A stretch of 64,000 nucleotides of DNA, taken from assembly GCA_963663225.1 (NCBI GenBank), contig OY760142.1, positions 2,624,001-2,688,000 on the forward strand, given 5' to 3'. The notes beneath the pieces are model-generated. The model made no database searches. It was not told where the DNA came from and saw only the letters and a list, made by a program, of their open reading frames with translations. A program made the translations under genes and the position numbers. Shown piece after piece: positions 41,566-51,474 of this stretch (position 1 is the stretch's first letter; every line of letters begins with the position of its first letter). Source of the stretch: Nitrospirota bacterium. Lineage in GTDB: Bacteria > Nitrospirota > UBA9217.

Positions 41566-42366
41566 ATGAAAGGCATAGAGCTCGTTAAACTGATAGACAC
41601 GACAAAATGCACTGCTTGCAGAGGCTGCCAGGTCGCCTGTAAACAGTGGAATGAAATGCCCGGACTGGGCACCAAGAACTGGGGCAGCTACCAAAATCCG
41701 CCTAATTTACAATGGAACACCTGGACGCTGGTGCGTTTCCAGGAGTATGTAAACCAGAAGGGTGAATTCAACTGGCTGTTCAGAAAAGACGGATGCATGC
41801 ATTGCACCGATGCGGCCTGTGTCAAGGTATGTCCGACGAAAGCGCTCTACTATTCTGAATACGGTGCGGTTGGGTTGAAAACTCAACTTTGCAACGGCTG
41901 CAAGGAATGCGTGGCCGCCTGTCCCTTTGAAGTTCCCAAGTACAACAAGGCAAAAGACAAAGTTACCAAATGTGACCTTTGCTTGGCTAGAATTCGGGAC
42001 GACCAGCATCCCTCCTGTGTTAAATCCTGTCCTACAGGAGCCTTGACCATCGGCCCGAAAGACGCCATGATCCAAAAAGCCTATGATCGTGTCAAAGAAC
42101 TCGGAGGCGATGCCAACGTGTACGGCGACAAGTTTGTGGGCGGCACGCATGTGCTGTATGTCCTGAATGAAAAAGCGGAAGCGTATGACGCATTGCCGAA
42201 GAGCCCTTCAGTTCCACTGCCGATTACGATTTGGAAGGATATTCTGAAACCGCTCAGCATTATTGCGACGGGCGGCGTCGTGGCGGGTGCGATTCTGCAT
42301 TATCTCCTTCACGGACCGAAGAGACCGGATGACCATGGTGAAGGCAAGAAGGAAGGGGGGAACTAA
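41566..42366 (+). CDS. fdnH: formate dehydrogenase beta (4x[4Fe-4S]) subunit 1
   Basis: CTACRGCQVAC, CMHC..C..VCP, CNGCKECVAACP, KCDLC..CP and a C-terminal TM. Confidence 0.93.
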   Translation: MKGIELVKLIDTTKCTACRGCQVACKQWNEMPGLGTKNWGSYQNPPNLQWNTWTLVRFQEYVNQKGEFNWLFRKDGCMHCTDAACVKVCPTKALYYSEYGAVGLKTQLCNGCKECVAACPFEVPKYNKAKDKVTKCDLCLARIRDDQHPSCVKSCPTGALTIGPKDAMIQKAYDRVKELGGDANVYGDKFVGGTHVLYVLNEKAEAYDALPKSPSVPLPITIWKDILKPLSIIATGGVVAGAILHYLLHGPKRPDDHGEGKKEGGN

Positions 42367-42368
42367 TC

Positions 42369-43013
42369 ATGAAAAACGGATTGATTCAAGCTACCTCCGC
42401 ATATGAGAGAAAGGTCCATTGGACGCTGGCCATTTCCTGTCTGGTCCTGTGTGTTTCCGGCATGGCGATGATGTTTCAGTCATTGAACTTCATTGCAAGT
42501 GCTATGGGCGGCATGGTCGCCACCAAGTATATTCATAATTTCACGGGTATCGTTTTTACGGTGGCCCTTGTTATGTCAATTAAAATGTGGTGGCACGAGG
42601 CAGGTTCTTTCTCCATGCCAGAGGATTTTGAATGGATGAAGGTTGCCGGAGGCTATTTATGGGACGCGAAAGTTCCTGAAGTAGGCAAGTACAACCCCGG
42701 ACAGAAGATGTTTTTTCTGGTTGTGGCCTTGTTCGGCGCAGTCATAGTCATAACAGGATTCATCATGTGGTTTCCGCTGATGTTTCCGACCTGGCTGGTG
42801 CGATGGATGTTTGTCCTCCATGTCTTGGGATTCACGGTTATCTTTCCTTTCTTCTTTGTGCACCTCTATCTGGGAACCATAGGCTCACCCGGTTCGCTGC
42901 AAGCAATGACGAGCGGCTGGGTTACGCGGCCGTGGGTCAAGAAGCATCATCCCAAGTGGCTCAAGGAAATGGAAGAAAAAGGCACTTTGATAGTCTCAGA
43001 CGGGAAAAAATAA
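42369..43013 (+). CDS. fdnI: formate dehydrogenase gamma (cytochrome b) subunit 1
   Basis: ERKVHW, YIHNF, GKYNPGQK, LH...VHLY, HHPKW. Confidence 0.92.
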   Translation: MKNGLIQATSAYERKVHWTLAISCLVLCVSGMAMMFQSLNFIASAMGGMVATKYIHNFTGIVFTVALVMSIKMWWHEAGSFSMPEDFEWMKVAGGYLWDAKVPEVGKYNPGQKMFFLVVALFGAVIVITGFIMWFPLMFPTWLVRWMFVLHVLGFTVIFPFFFVHLYLGTIGSPGSLQAMTSGWVTRPWVKKHHPKWLKEMEEKGTLIVSDGKK

Positions 43014-43046
43014 TATACTATCCTGAGTAACGATATGCTGTGGCAA

Positions 43047-43088
43047 GCAAAGAGCACCGTTCGTAATAGACGGTGCTCTTTGCATTTT
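43047..43088 (+). terminator. intrinsic terminator of fdh operon 1
   Basis: 14-bp stem GCAAAGAGCACCGT/ACGGTGCTCTTTGC followed by ATTTT. Confidence 0.75.
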
Positions 43089-43343
43089 ACGATCAGTATT
43101 AGGCAACTGGGCTTTAAACGAGTCAGAACCAATCATTTTGAATGGAATTTTTTATTATGCGATAAACTTTGCTAAACTTGCCGACGGTTTACCGCATTTG
43201 TTCGAATTCAGCTATTTTCTTGCATATCACAGCCAAAAAATGAGATAATTAAAAAGTTTGCGCTATGGTTGTATCAGCAGAATGAATAGTGATTCCTGTC
43301 CAGGCGGCAGCATCCATCATATCGGAATCTGAAAGGGCTGCAT

Positions 43344-43703
43344 ATGGAGATTAGATTCAAAGTGTGGTATGAGAATGAAGGAAAGGTCATCTTCGGGGGT
43401 GGGCGCAGAGAACTGTTGAAAGCAATAGATAAATACAACAGTCTTCATGCCGCGTCAAAGCACATGAAGATGTCTTACCGCGCAGCATGGGGGAGGCTCA
43501 GGGCGTCCGAGGAGCGGTTGGGCATGAAACTCGTCGAGTCCCATCCGCCAAAACGAGAACTTCAGCTGACCGCAGAGGCACGATTGTTGCTTAACAAGTT
43601 TGACAGATTGGATCAGGAAATCCGCGATCTCCTCCAAAAGATCGGCCACGAAGTTTTGCCCGTAAAAAAATGTAAACCCTCTGAGGCTCCACCTTCAGAT
43701 TAG
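43344..43703 (+). CDS. ModE-like winged-helix regulator (DNA-binding domain only)
   Basis: KVW..FGGGRRELLKAID..SL.AA.K.M.MSYRAAWGRL; no molbindin domain. Confidence 0.85.
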   Translation: MEIRFKVWYENEGKVIFGGGRRELLKAIDKYNSLHAASKHMKMSYRAAWGRLRASEERLGMKLVESHPPKRELQLTAEARLLLNKFDRLDQEIRDLLQKIGHEVLPVKKCKPSEAPPSD

Positions 43704-43795
43704 CAGTATGCATGGTTCTTCCTAGTCGCGTACGCCGTGCGTTGTCGCTTTTAATCGAGCACGGTCCTTTCCAAACGGTTCGTTTGAGGTTAAAA

Positions 43796-44608
43796 ATGAA
43801 GAATATAATGCAGAAAAAATTCTCTGTTAAACGATTCCACGCTGATGGCCAGGATGGTGGGTGGCGCGACGAGTTCGCAGAAGTGGCGGTTGAGGCCCCC
43901 CTGACGATTGATATTGAAGGTTTAAACTCTTACACAACACTGTGCAGCCCTGGAGACAAGCGCTCCATGGTTGTGGGTTTCCTGTTCACCGAAGGAATAA
44001 TACAACATGTTGACGATATTGCTGTACTCGCTGAATGCGCGGACAATCCGGATATAATTCGCGTCAGACTTAGTAAAACTGCGCAGGATAACGCGAGTAT
44101 CTCCCGCCGTAATATGATGATTGTCTCATCATGCGGACTTTGCGGCACGGTTGACATACACAAAAAAATAGCCGCTCTTCCCCCTGTTGACAATACGCTT
44201 CGCGTAGATACGAATATCATGAATCGTATGATGGACCTGCTCTACAGTAAACAGACGGTACACAAACAAACCGGAGGCACTCACGCGATTCTGATCTTTG
44301 ATGCGAAGGGCAATATGCTCTCCTTTGCTGAGGATATCGGCAGACACAATGCCTTGGACAAGGCAATTGGACAGGGCCTGCTCACTGGTTCTGCCATCAA
44401 GGGGAGTGGGGCTGTTTTTTCCGGGAGAGTCAGTTTCGACATGGTGGCAAAATGCAGCAGGGCCGGAATTGAGGTAGTGCTTGCGGTGTCAGCGCCGACT
44501 TCGCTTGCCCTGAATACAGCATCGGCTTGCGGCATTACGATTTGCGCTTTTGTCCGGAACGGCGGTGCAACGCTCTATACGCACCCTGAACGGATCAAAC
44601 ACGCCTGA
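43796..44608 (+). CDS. fdhD: formate dehydrogenase accessory sulfurtransferase FdhD
   Basis: VEAPL, GFLFTEG, SSCGLCG, TGGTH, EDIGRHNALDK, SGRVS, SAPTSLA. Confidence 0.95.
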   Translation: MKNIMQKKFSVKRFHADGQDGGWRDEFAEVAVEAPLTIDIEGLNSYTTLCSPGDKRSMVVGFLFTEGIIQHVDDIAVLAECADNPDIIRVRLSKTAQDNASISRRNMMIVSSCGLCGTVDIHKKIAALPPVDNTLRVDTNIMNRMMDLLYSKQTVHKQTGGTHAILIFDAKGNMLSFAEDIGRHNALDKAIGQGLLTGSAIKGSGAVFSGRVSFDMVAKCSRAGIEVVLAVSAPTSLALNTASACGITICAFVRNGGATLYTHPERIKHA

Positions 44609-44856
44609 TATCTTCTCCGTAGTCTTTCAATGCGATACTTTTCTCCTGCATTCTATCAATCATTCGAGTTTTCCCGCCATAGAGAGTAGTTATTTATTTT
44701 TCCTATAGTTCGTTTTTAATAATATTAATTATAACTATAATTTTTTTTATAATTTCATTTGCCGTCTTAAAATACTGTCGTCAGAGTATTTTTAGTATTT
44801 TTTCATTTTTTTAAAGATTTAATCTTAAAAGAGTCAACAAGTGTGTTTTTTTTAAC

Positions 44857-44874
44857 ATGGTATATTTATTGCTT
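44857..44874 (+). promoter_or_regulatory. sigma54-type promoter upstream of fdh operon 2
   Basis: ATGGTATATTTATTGCTT, identical to 33262-33279. Confidence 0.65.
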
Positions 44875-44911
44875 GTATAAAACATAAAATTCTTTTTATT
44901 TTACAATGCAT

Positions 44912-44929
44912 TATGTCATTATTGACATA
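44912..44929. promoter_or_regulatory. palindromic operator (ModE-type box) upstream of fdh operon 2
   Basis: TATGTC-ATTATT-GACATA. Confidence 0.72.
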
Positions 44930-45172
44930 TTGACAAACATCAGTAAATTGAGTAATTATGCGTGGTTAGTATTGGATTTATTGTTTATTTCATCGCGCAA
45001 TACGCCAAAAATTACTTTCAATGAAATGGAAATCAAGTTTAAATAAAAAATTTTGCATAAAACAGTTTGTTGTGATTATCTTTTTTGACTAAATTTGAAA
45101 GGGGGCGTTCTGCGTAATAGCTGTTTTTCTATTTTGTAGAGCTACTTTTTTATATAAAGGAGATTATTGAAC

Positions 45173-48100
45173 ATGAGTGTATCAAGAAGAGACTTCTTGA
45201 AGCTGACAGGGGGTACTCTTGCTCTCAGCACGGTGGGTGTTACGCTTTCTCCCGAAGAAGCGGCTGCCCAAGAGCTGAGAATCAAGGAAGCAAAACAGAC
45301 AACCACGGTCTGTCCTTACTGTTCAGTCGGATGCAGCATTCTTGTCCATACCAAAGACGGCAAGGTCATCAACGTTGAAGGCGACCCGGACAGCCCTATT
45401 AACGAAGGGGCGCTCTGCCCGAAAGGCTCATCGTTGTTTCAGATGGCTAACAATGAGACCCGTTTGCGAAAGCCCCAGTATCGAGCGCCTGGCGCAACTG
45501 AATGGAAAGAAGTGGAATGGGACTGGGCCTTAAACCAGATAGCACGGAAAGTTAAAGATTCACGCGATAAATCGTTCCGTACGACCGCAAAAAATAAAAT
45601 CAAAGAAAAAAGACCGGACGGCACGGAAGTCATGGTTGAAAAAGACTTTGTCGTCAACCGGACTGAAGGCATTGCCCATATCGGCAGCGCGGCCCTTGAT
45701 AATGAAGAGCTGTATATAATTCAGAAACTTGTCCGCTCCTGGGGCCTCACTTACATAGAACATCAGGCCCGTATTTGACACTCCGCAACTGTAGCGGCTC
45801 TGGCAGAGTCGTTTGGACGCGGTGCAATGACGAATCACTGGGTTGACCTTCGTAACGCGGATGTTATCCTCGTTATGGGTTCGAACCCCGCAGCAAACCA
45901 TCCGGTCGCAATGAAATGGATCATGAAGGCCAGGGAACAACGCGGCGCAAAGCTTGTTGTCGTAGACCCCCGGTTTACACAGACCGCGGCCAAGGCCGAC
46001 TTCTACACATCGCTTCGCTCCGGGACGGATATTGCGTTCCTGGGCGGGATGATCAAGTATATCATCGATAACAATCTCTATTTCAGAGATTATGTCGTGA
46101 ATTATACGGACGCTTCCTTCCTCGTAAACCCCGACTTCAAACTTACGGCGGAACTTGACGGCGTATTTTCCGGTTATGACGAGAAGACCCGCAAGTACGA
46201 TAAGGCGACATGGAACTTCCAGATGGATGCGAATGGTCTTCCGAAGAAGGATCCTTCTCTTAAAAATCCGAACTGCGTGTTCCAACTCCTGAAAAAACAA
46301 TACGCACGATATACGATTGACAAGGTCGTGGCCATCACCGGCACGCCCAAAAACCAGCTTCTGGAAGTGTACAAAATCATGGGTTCCACCGGCAAGCCGA
46401 ACAGAGTGGCGACGGAGTGCTACGCCATGGGCTGGACCCAGCATACCGTGGGCGTCCAGAACATCCGCGCGATGGCCATTATCCAGATGCTGCTCGGCAA
46501 CATGGGTATGGCAGGCGGCGGCATCAACGCCATGCGGGGCGAGGCCAATGTCCAGGGCTCCACGGACTACGGGCTCCTCTTCCATATTCTTCCCGGCTAT
46601 AATGCGACGCCTACTGCTTCGCTCGTAGACCTTAAGGCGTATAATGACAAGAACACACCAAAGACCAAAGAACCAAAAAGTGTCAATTGGTGGGGCAACA
46701 GGCCGAAATATATCGCCAGCTACCTGAAGGCGATCTACGGCGAGAAGGCGACCAAAGAAAATGATTTTGGCTATGCTTGGTTGCCCAAGGTCGACGAAGG
46801 TGCTAATTACTCCTGGTTGAACCTGTTCGACCAGATGTTCAAGGGCAAGTTCGAAGGCTTCTTTGCATGGGGCCAGAACCCCGCCTGCTCAGGGGCAAAC
46901 TCCAACAAGACGAGAATGGCGCTTTCCAAGCTTAAATGGATGGTGAATGTCAATCTCTATGACAACGAGACCGGGTCTTTCTGGAGAGGACCGGGCATGA
47001 ACCCCAAGGAAATTCAAACCGAAGTCTTCATGCTTCCCTGCGCTTCCTCCATTGAGAAGGAGGGCAGCATCAGCAATTCCGGCCGTCTTGCACAGTGGAG
47101 ATACAAAGCCATCGAACCGATCGGAGAGTCCCTGCCTGATGCCGAGATTCTTAATGAGCTTTACTTCCGGGTCAAGGACCTTTATTTGAAGGAAGGCGGA
47201 AAATTCCCTGCACCGATCGTGAACCTGAGTTGGTCGTACGGCAAGCCCGGACATGACGGTAAGATCGGCCATATCGACGTGCGTAAGATCGCCCTTGAAA
47301 TAAACGGCTACTTCACGGCGGACGTATATGATAAGGCCGGCAAACTGGTCGGCAAGAAGGGAGAATTAGTCCCGAATTTTGTCAGCCTTCAGGACAACGG
47401 AACAACAGCATCCGGCAACTGGCTCTATTGTGGAAGCTTTACCCAGAAAGACGGCAAAATAACCAATAATTTGATGAGACGCGGCAAGACAGACCCCACA
47501 GGCCTTGGGCTCTATCCGGAATGGGCGTGGGCCTGGCCGCTGAACCGTCGCATCATTTACAACCGGGCATCCGTGGACCCCAAGGGAAATCCATGGGATC
47601 CCAAGCGCGCCGTACTCAAGTGGAATGCAACGAAGCTCAATCCCCAGACCGGAAAAGCTGGTGTGTGGGAAGGAGATATTCCCGATGGACCGGCCGCACC
47701 CTTGTTGTCCGAAGGGGGCAAGCTGCCGTTCATAATGAAGGCGGATGGCGTCGGCTCCATATTCGGAGCAGGACTTGCTGACGGGCCGTTCCCCGAACAC
47801 TATGAACCGCTCGAATGCCCGATCCAGGAAAATCCGATGTCCAAAAAACAGCGGATTAATCCGACAACCAAGATATTCTACAGCGGCAAGGAAGGCGACC
47901 TGCAGGAAGACGCTTTTGCCTCCTGTGATCTCAGGTATCCCATTATCTGCAGCACATACCGCAATACCGAGCACTGGCAGACCGGCCTCATGACGCGCCA
48001 TTGCTCATGGCTGCTCGAAGCCCAGCCGCAGATGTGGGTGGAGATGAGCCAGGAACTGGCCAAAGAAAAAGGCATCAAAAACGGTGAGAAAGTGAACGTC

Positions 48101-48340
48101 ACCTCAGCCCGCGGCACCCTTTGGGCCATTGCGATTGTGACCGACCGTTGGAAACCGTTCAAGGTTATGAACCAGACGGTGCACGAAGTAGGCATTCCGT
48201 GGCACTTCGGATGGCAGTTCCCAACAGACGGCAGCGGCGGCGACAGTGCCAATATTCTCACGCCGACAATCGGTGATCCTAACACCATGATTCCCGAATC
48301 AAAAGCATTCATGGTGAATATAGAAAAGGCAAGGGGGTGA
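45173..48340 (+). CDS. fdnG: formate dehydrogenase-N/O type alpha subunit 2, selenocysteine, Tat signal
   Basis: SRRDFLK, CPYCSVGC, EHQARI-U(45776-45778)-HSATVAALAESFGRGAMTNH, MRGEANVQG. TTG 45167 is an alternative start. Confidence 0.95.
45794..45812 (+). promoter_or_regulatory. SECIS element of fdh alpha 2
   Basis: GCGGCUCU-GGC-AGAGUCGU hairpin, loop 23 nt after UGA. Confidence 0.75.
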
Positions 48341-48344
48341 CACC

Positions 48345-49127
48345 ATGGCTAAGATGACGTTACTTGTCTCTCCAGAATTATGTATAGGCTGCCGCGCGTG
48401 CCAGATTGCCTGCAAATCATGGAATCAGCTTCCGGCGGAAAAGACAAAAAACAACGGGACGTATGAAAATCCTCCCGATCTGAGTGCGGTAAACTTCAAC
48501 AAGATCAAGTTTGCAGAAATCCCTTCAGAGAAGAATCCGGCGAGGTGGCTTTTTGTGAGCCAGCGCTGCATGCACTGCGAGGAAGCGGGCTGTATGAAGA
48601 TATGTCCGACTCCCGGCGCGCTGACCAGGTCCAAGACCGGTGCCGTGGTGACCAACAAGAACAAATGCGTGGGTTGCCACCTCTGTCTTGCCGGATGTCC
48701 TTTTAATGTTCCGCGCTATGGCAAAGACGGTAAACTGGCCAAATGTACGCAGTGTGCTGACCGGATGGAGCACGGGCTTATTCCGTCCTGCTCCAAGACC
48801 TGTCCCACCGGCGCAATTGCCTTCGGCGATCGCGATGCCATGATTGCCAAAGCCAGGAAAGCAGGTTACGAAAAGATATATGGAGAGACCGACCTCGGAG
48901 GTCTCGGAGCTCTTTTTGCATTTAAAGACGCCCCGAAGATTTATGGCTATGAAGACAAACCGGCCATCAATGAAATGGTCATATTCTGGCATAAATTCCT
49001 CAAACCGGCATCCTGGATTGGAATTGGCGGTGTGGCTGTCCTTTCCGCCCTTCATTATTTAACGGTAGGGCCGCATAAGGCAGAGGATCCTTATAAGGAC
49101 AAGGAGGAAAAAAATGAAACTAAATGA
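48345..49127 (+). CDS. fdnH: formate dehydrogenase beta subunit 2
   Basis: CIGCRACQIAC, CMHC, CVGCHLCLAGCP, CTQC..CP and a C-terminal TM. Confidence 0.93.
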   Translation: MAKMTLLVSPELCIGCRACQIACKSWNQLPAEKTKNNGTYENPPDLSAVNFNKIKFAEIPSEKNPARWLFVSQRCMHCEEAGCMKICPTPGALTRSKTGAVVTNKNKCVGCHLCLAGCPFNVPRYGKDGKLAKCTQCADRMEHGLIPSCSKTCPTGAIAFGDRDAMIAKARKAGYEKIYGETDLGGLGALFAFKDAPKIYGYEDKPAINEMVIFWHKFLKPASWIGIGGVAVLSALHYLTVGPHKAEDPYKDKEEKNETK

Positions 49128-49740
49128 TAGGGACCTCATCAGGAAAGAACCTCCCTTTGTAATAATAAACCATTGGGTGCTGGCCATCAGCTGCATTCTA
49201 CTGACGATCAGCGGGTTTGCTTTTCTTTACCAAATAGAATGGGTGGCTGTGTTTTTTGGCGGCTTTAACGCCATGAAATACGTCCATAACTGGCTCGGTG
49301 TTATTTTCACGATCTCACTTATCGTGACCATGCCGACCTGGCTCAAGGAATGCACCACGTACGATAAAGATGATATTGCATGGATCAAGGTCGCGGGCGG
49401 TTATCTGAGCCACAAGGTTGCAATTCCTCCGATGCACAAGCTGAACACAGGACAGAAACTGGCCTATCTCGGCGTGCTTGGCATGGGTTTTGGCATTGCT
49501 GCCACGGGTTTTGTCATCTGGCTTTTCCCGACAAACCAGACGCTGATGATTTTGTCGCATTTTCTGCATAACGCGTGCTTTGTCGGTATTGCCGTGTTCA
49601 TCCCGGTCCATGTGTATCTTGGAGCCATTGCAAACCCTGGTACCATGCGCATCATGATTTCTGGCACAGTGCCGGTTTGGTGGGCCAGAAAAAAATCTCC
49701 GAAATGGATCCAGGAAGTTGAAGAAGGAAGGTCGCATTAA
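49114..49740 (+). CDS. fdnI: formate dehydrogenase gamma subunit 2
   Basis: INHW, YVHNW, KLNTGQK, LHN, VHVY. Confidence 0.92.
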   Translation: MKLNDRDLIRKEPPFVIINHWVLAISCILLTISGFAFLYQIEWVAVFFGGFNAMKYVHNWLGVIFTISLIVTMPTWLKECTTYDKDDIAWIKVAGGYLSHKVAIPPMHKLNTGQKLAYLGVLGMGFGIAATGFVIWLFPTNQTLMILSHFLHNACFVGIAVFIPVHVYLGAIANPGTMRIMISGTVPVWWARKKSPKWIQEVEEGRSH

Positions 49741-49792
49741 ACTTGCCCATATCGACTGTAGTCGATTAAAAAAATCGTAATGCATACACTGT

Positions 49793-49830
49793 AAGGAAGG
49801 CATCGAACTATTTGGTGCCTTCCTTTTTTT
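49793..49830 (+). terminator. intrinsic terminator of fdh operon 2
   Basis: AAGGAAGGCATC/GGTGCCTTCCTT stem followed by a T-run. Confidence 0.8.
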
Positions 49831-50022
49831 GCAGTAGCGAGTAAATGACATATATTGTTTTAATTTCAGTTCTTATTTCGTTTTCCTCTCTGCGCACAGG
49901 CAAAGCAACTCACCAGCATTTTATTGTGATAAAACAACGTGCTTTATAAGAGTGAAACTACTTGACTAATACCGTGCTCCATGCTATCAATAAACGTCAA
50001 TCTAATGAATGAGGTATTAGCA

Positions 50023-51078
50023 ATGCGCATATTGAAATTATGTACCATTTTCTTCTTTCTTGTGTTTTCATTTCCCGCTCTCTCGGGTGCCCGTGCTGCA
50101 TCCGACACCCTGGCCCCTCTCGTAAAAAAGCTCATGCCCTCTGTTGTGAATATTTCGACAAAACAGGTTATTAAGGCAAGGCCTCAGTCTCAATTCGGCG
50201 ATCCCCAGATGGACCAGTTTTTTCACCGGTTTTTCGGAAACGGTCCCCGGCAGGACCAGGTGCGCCAGAGCCTTGGTTCAGGATTTCTCATCAGCGCTGA
50301 CGGCTATATTCTAACGAACAATCATGTCGTTGACAAAGCTACTGATATCAAAGTTTCCCTTGCAGACGGCAGAATCTTTGACGCTAAGCTGGTAGGAAAA
50401 TCACCGGACATTGATATCGCTTTGATAAAAATTGAAGCACACGGACTTCCAAGCGCCATGCTGGGCAATTCGGACGCAGCAGAAGTGGGAGACATGGTCA
50501 TTGCCATAGGCAACCCTTTCGGCCTGTCGCATACAGTCACCTCAGGCATCATTTCGGCAAAAGGACGCGTAATAGGAATTGGGCCATACGATAACCTCAT
50601 CCAGACCGATGCAGCCATTAACCCTGGAAACAGTGGGGGTCCGCTTTTCAACAGCAATGGAGAAGTATTGGGAATAAATACTGTTATTATCGCCAGCGGA
50701 CAAAATTTGGGTTTTGCTATCCCGATTACGATGGTGAAGGAAGTTTTGCCCTCTATCAAGGCAAAAGGGAGACCGGATATGGGCTGGCTCGGCGTTGAAG
50801 CACAGCCGGTCACTCCTGATCTTGCAGCAGCATTCGGTTTACCGGAACCCGTTGGGGCTGTCGTCACCCGCGTTACGAAAGGCGGCCCTGCAGAAAAGGC
50901 GGGTTTGAAACGAGGAGATGTAATTGTTGAACTTGATGGAAAAAAGATCCTTGTTCCAGCTGAGCTGCCGAGAATGGTTGCTTTTGGACATATTGGCAAA
51001 GCAGTAACGCTTAAAATAATCCGCCAGAACAAAGCCCAGGAGATCAGAGCCGTCATTGAGCTGAGGCCGGAGCAATAG
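50023..51078 (+). CDS. HtrA/DegQ-family serine protease, single PDZ
   Basis: Signal peptide, TNNHV, DIAL, AINPGNSGGPL and a PDZ domain. Confidence 0.93.
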   Translation: MRILKLCTIFFFLVFSFPALSGARAASDTLAPLVKKLMPSVVNISTKQVIKARPQSQFGDPQMDQFFHRFFGNGPRQDQVRQSLGSGFLISADGYILTNNHVVDKATDIKVSLADGRIFDAKLVGKSPDIDIALIKIEAHGLPSAMLGNSDAAEVGDMVIAIGNPFGLSHTVTSGIISAKGRVIGIGPYDNLIQTDAAINPGNSGGPLFNSNGEVLGINTVIIASGQNLGFAIPITMVKEVLPSIKAKGRPDMGWLGVEAQPVTPDLAAAFGLPEPVGAVVTRVTKGGPAEKAGLKRGDVIVELDGKKILVPAELPRMVAFGHIGKAVTLKIIRQNKAQEIRAVIELRPEQ

Positions 51079-51150
51079 CTGTCACTGGAACCCGGAACGA
51101 TTCCGTATGGCAAATATTTTGAATTCCAGCACTATATTTTGAGGTGAGTT

Positions 51151-51474
51151 ATGTTCGGTCTTGGATTACCGGAAATAATTGTAATTTTTGTGATTGCCCT
51201 GATCGTTTTCGGACCGAAGAAGTTGCCCGATCTCGGCAAATCCATCGGTCGTGCCATAGCAGATTTTAAAAAAGCATCTGAAGACTTCCAGGAAACCGTC
51301 CGATCTGAGATGAAAGAAGTAGAAAAAACTGCCGGCGTCGATGAGTTGAAGAAACTCAAAGAATTTGACATCACGGCTCACAGCCAACCGGAGCCGGAAA
51401 AGCCGCCGATTGAACAAGAGCCAACAGCTAAACCAAAGGAGAAGAAATCAGGGGAGGCCAAGAAGAATGTCTGA
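51151..51474 (+). CDS. tatA: Tat translocase TatA/TatB subunit
   Basis: MFGLGLPEIIVIFVIALIVFGPKKLPDLGKSIG. Confidence 0.88.
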   Translation: MFGLGLPEIIVIFVIALIVFGPKKLPDLGKSIGRAIADFKKASEDFQETVRSEMKEVEKTAGVDELKKLKEFDITAHSQPEPEKPPIEQEPTAKPKEKKSGEAKKNV

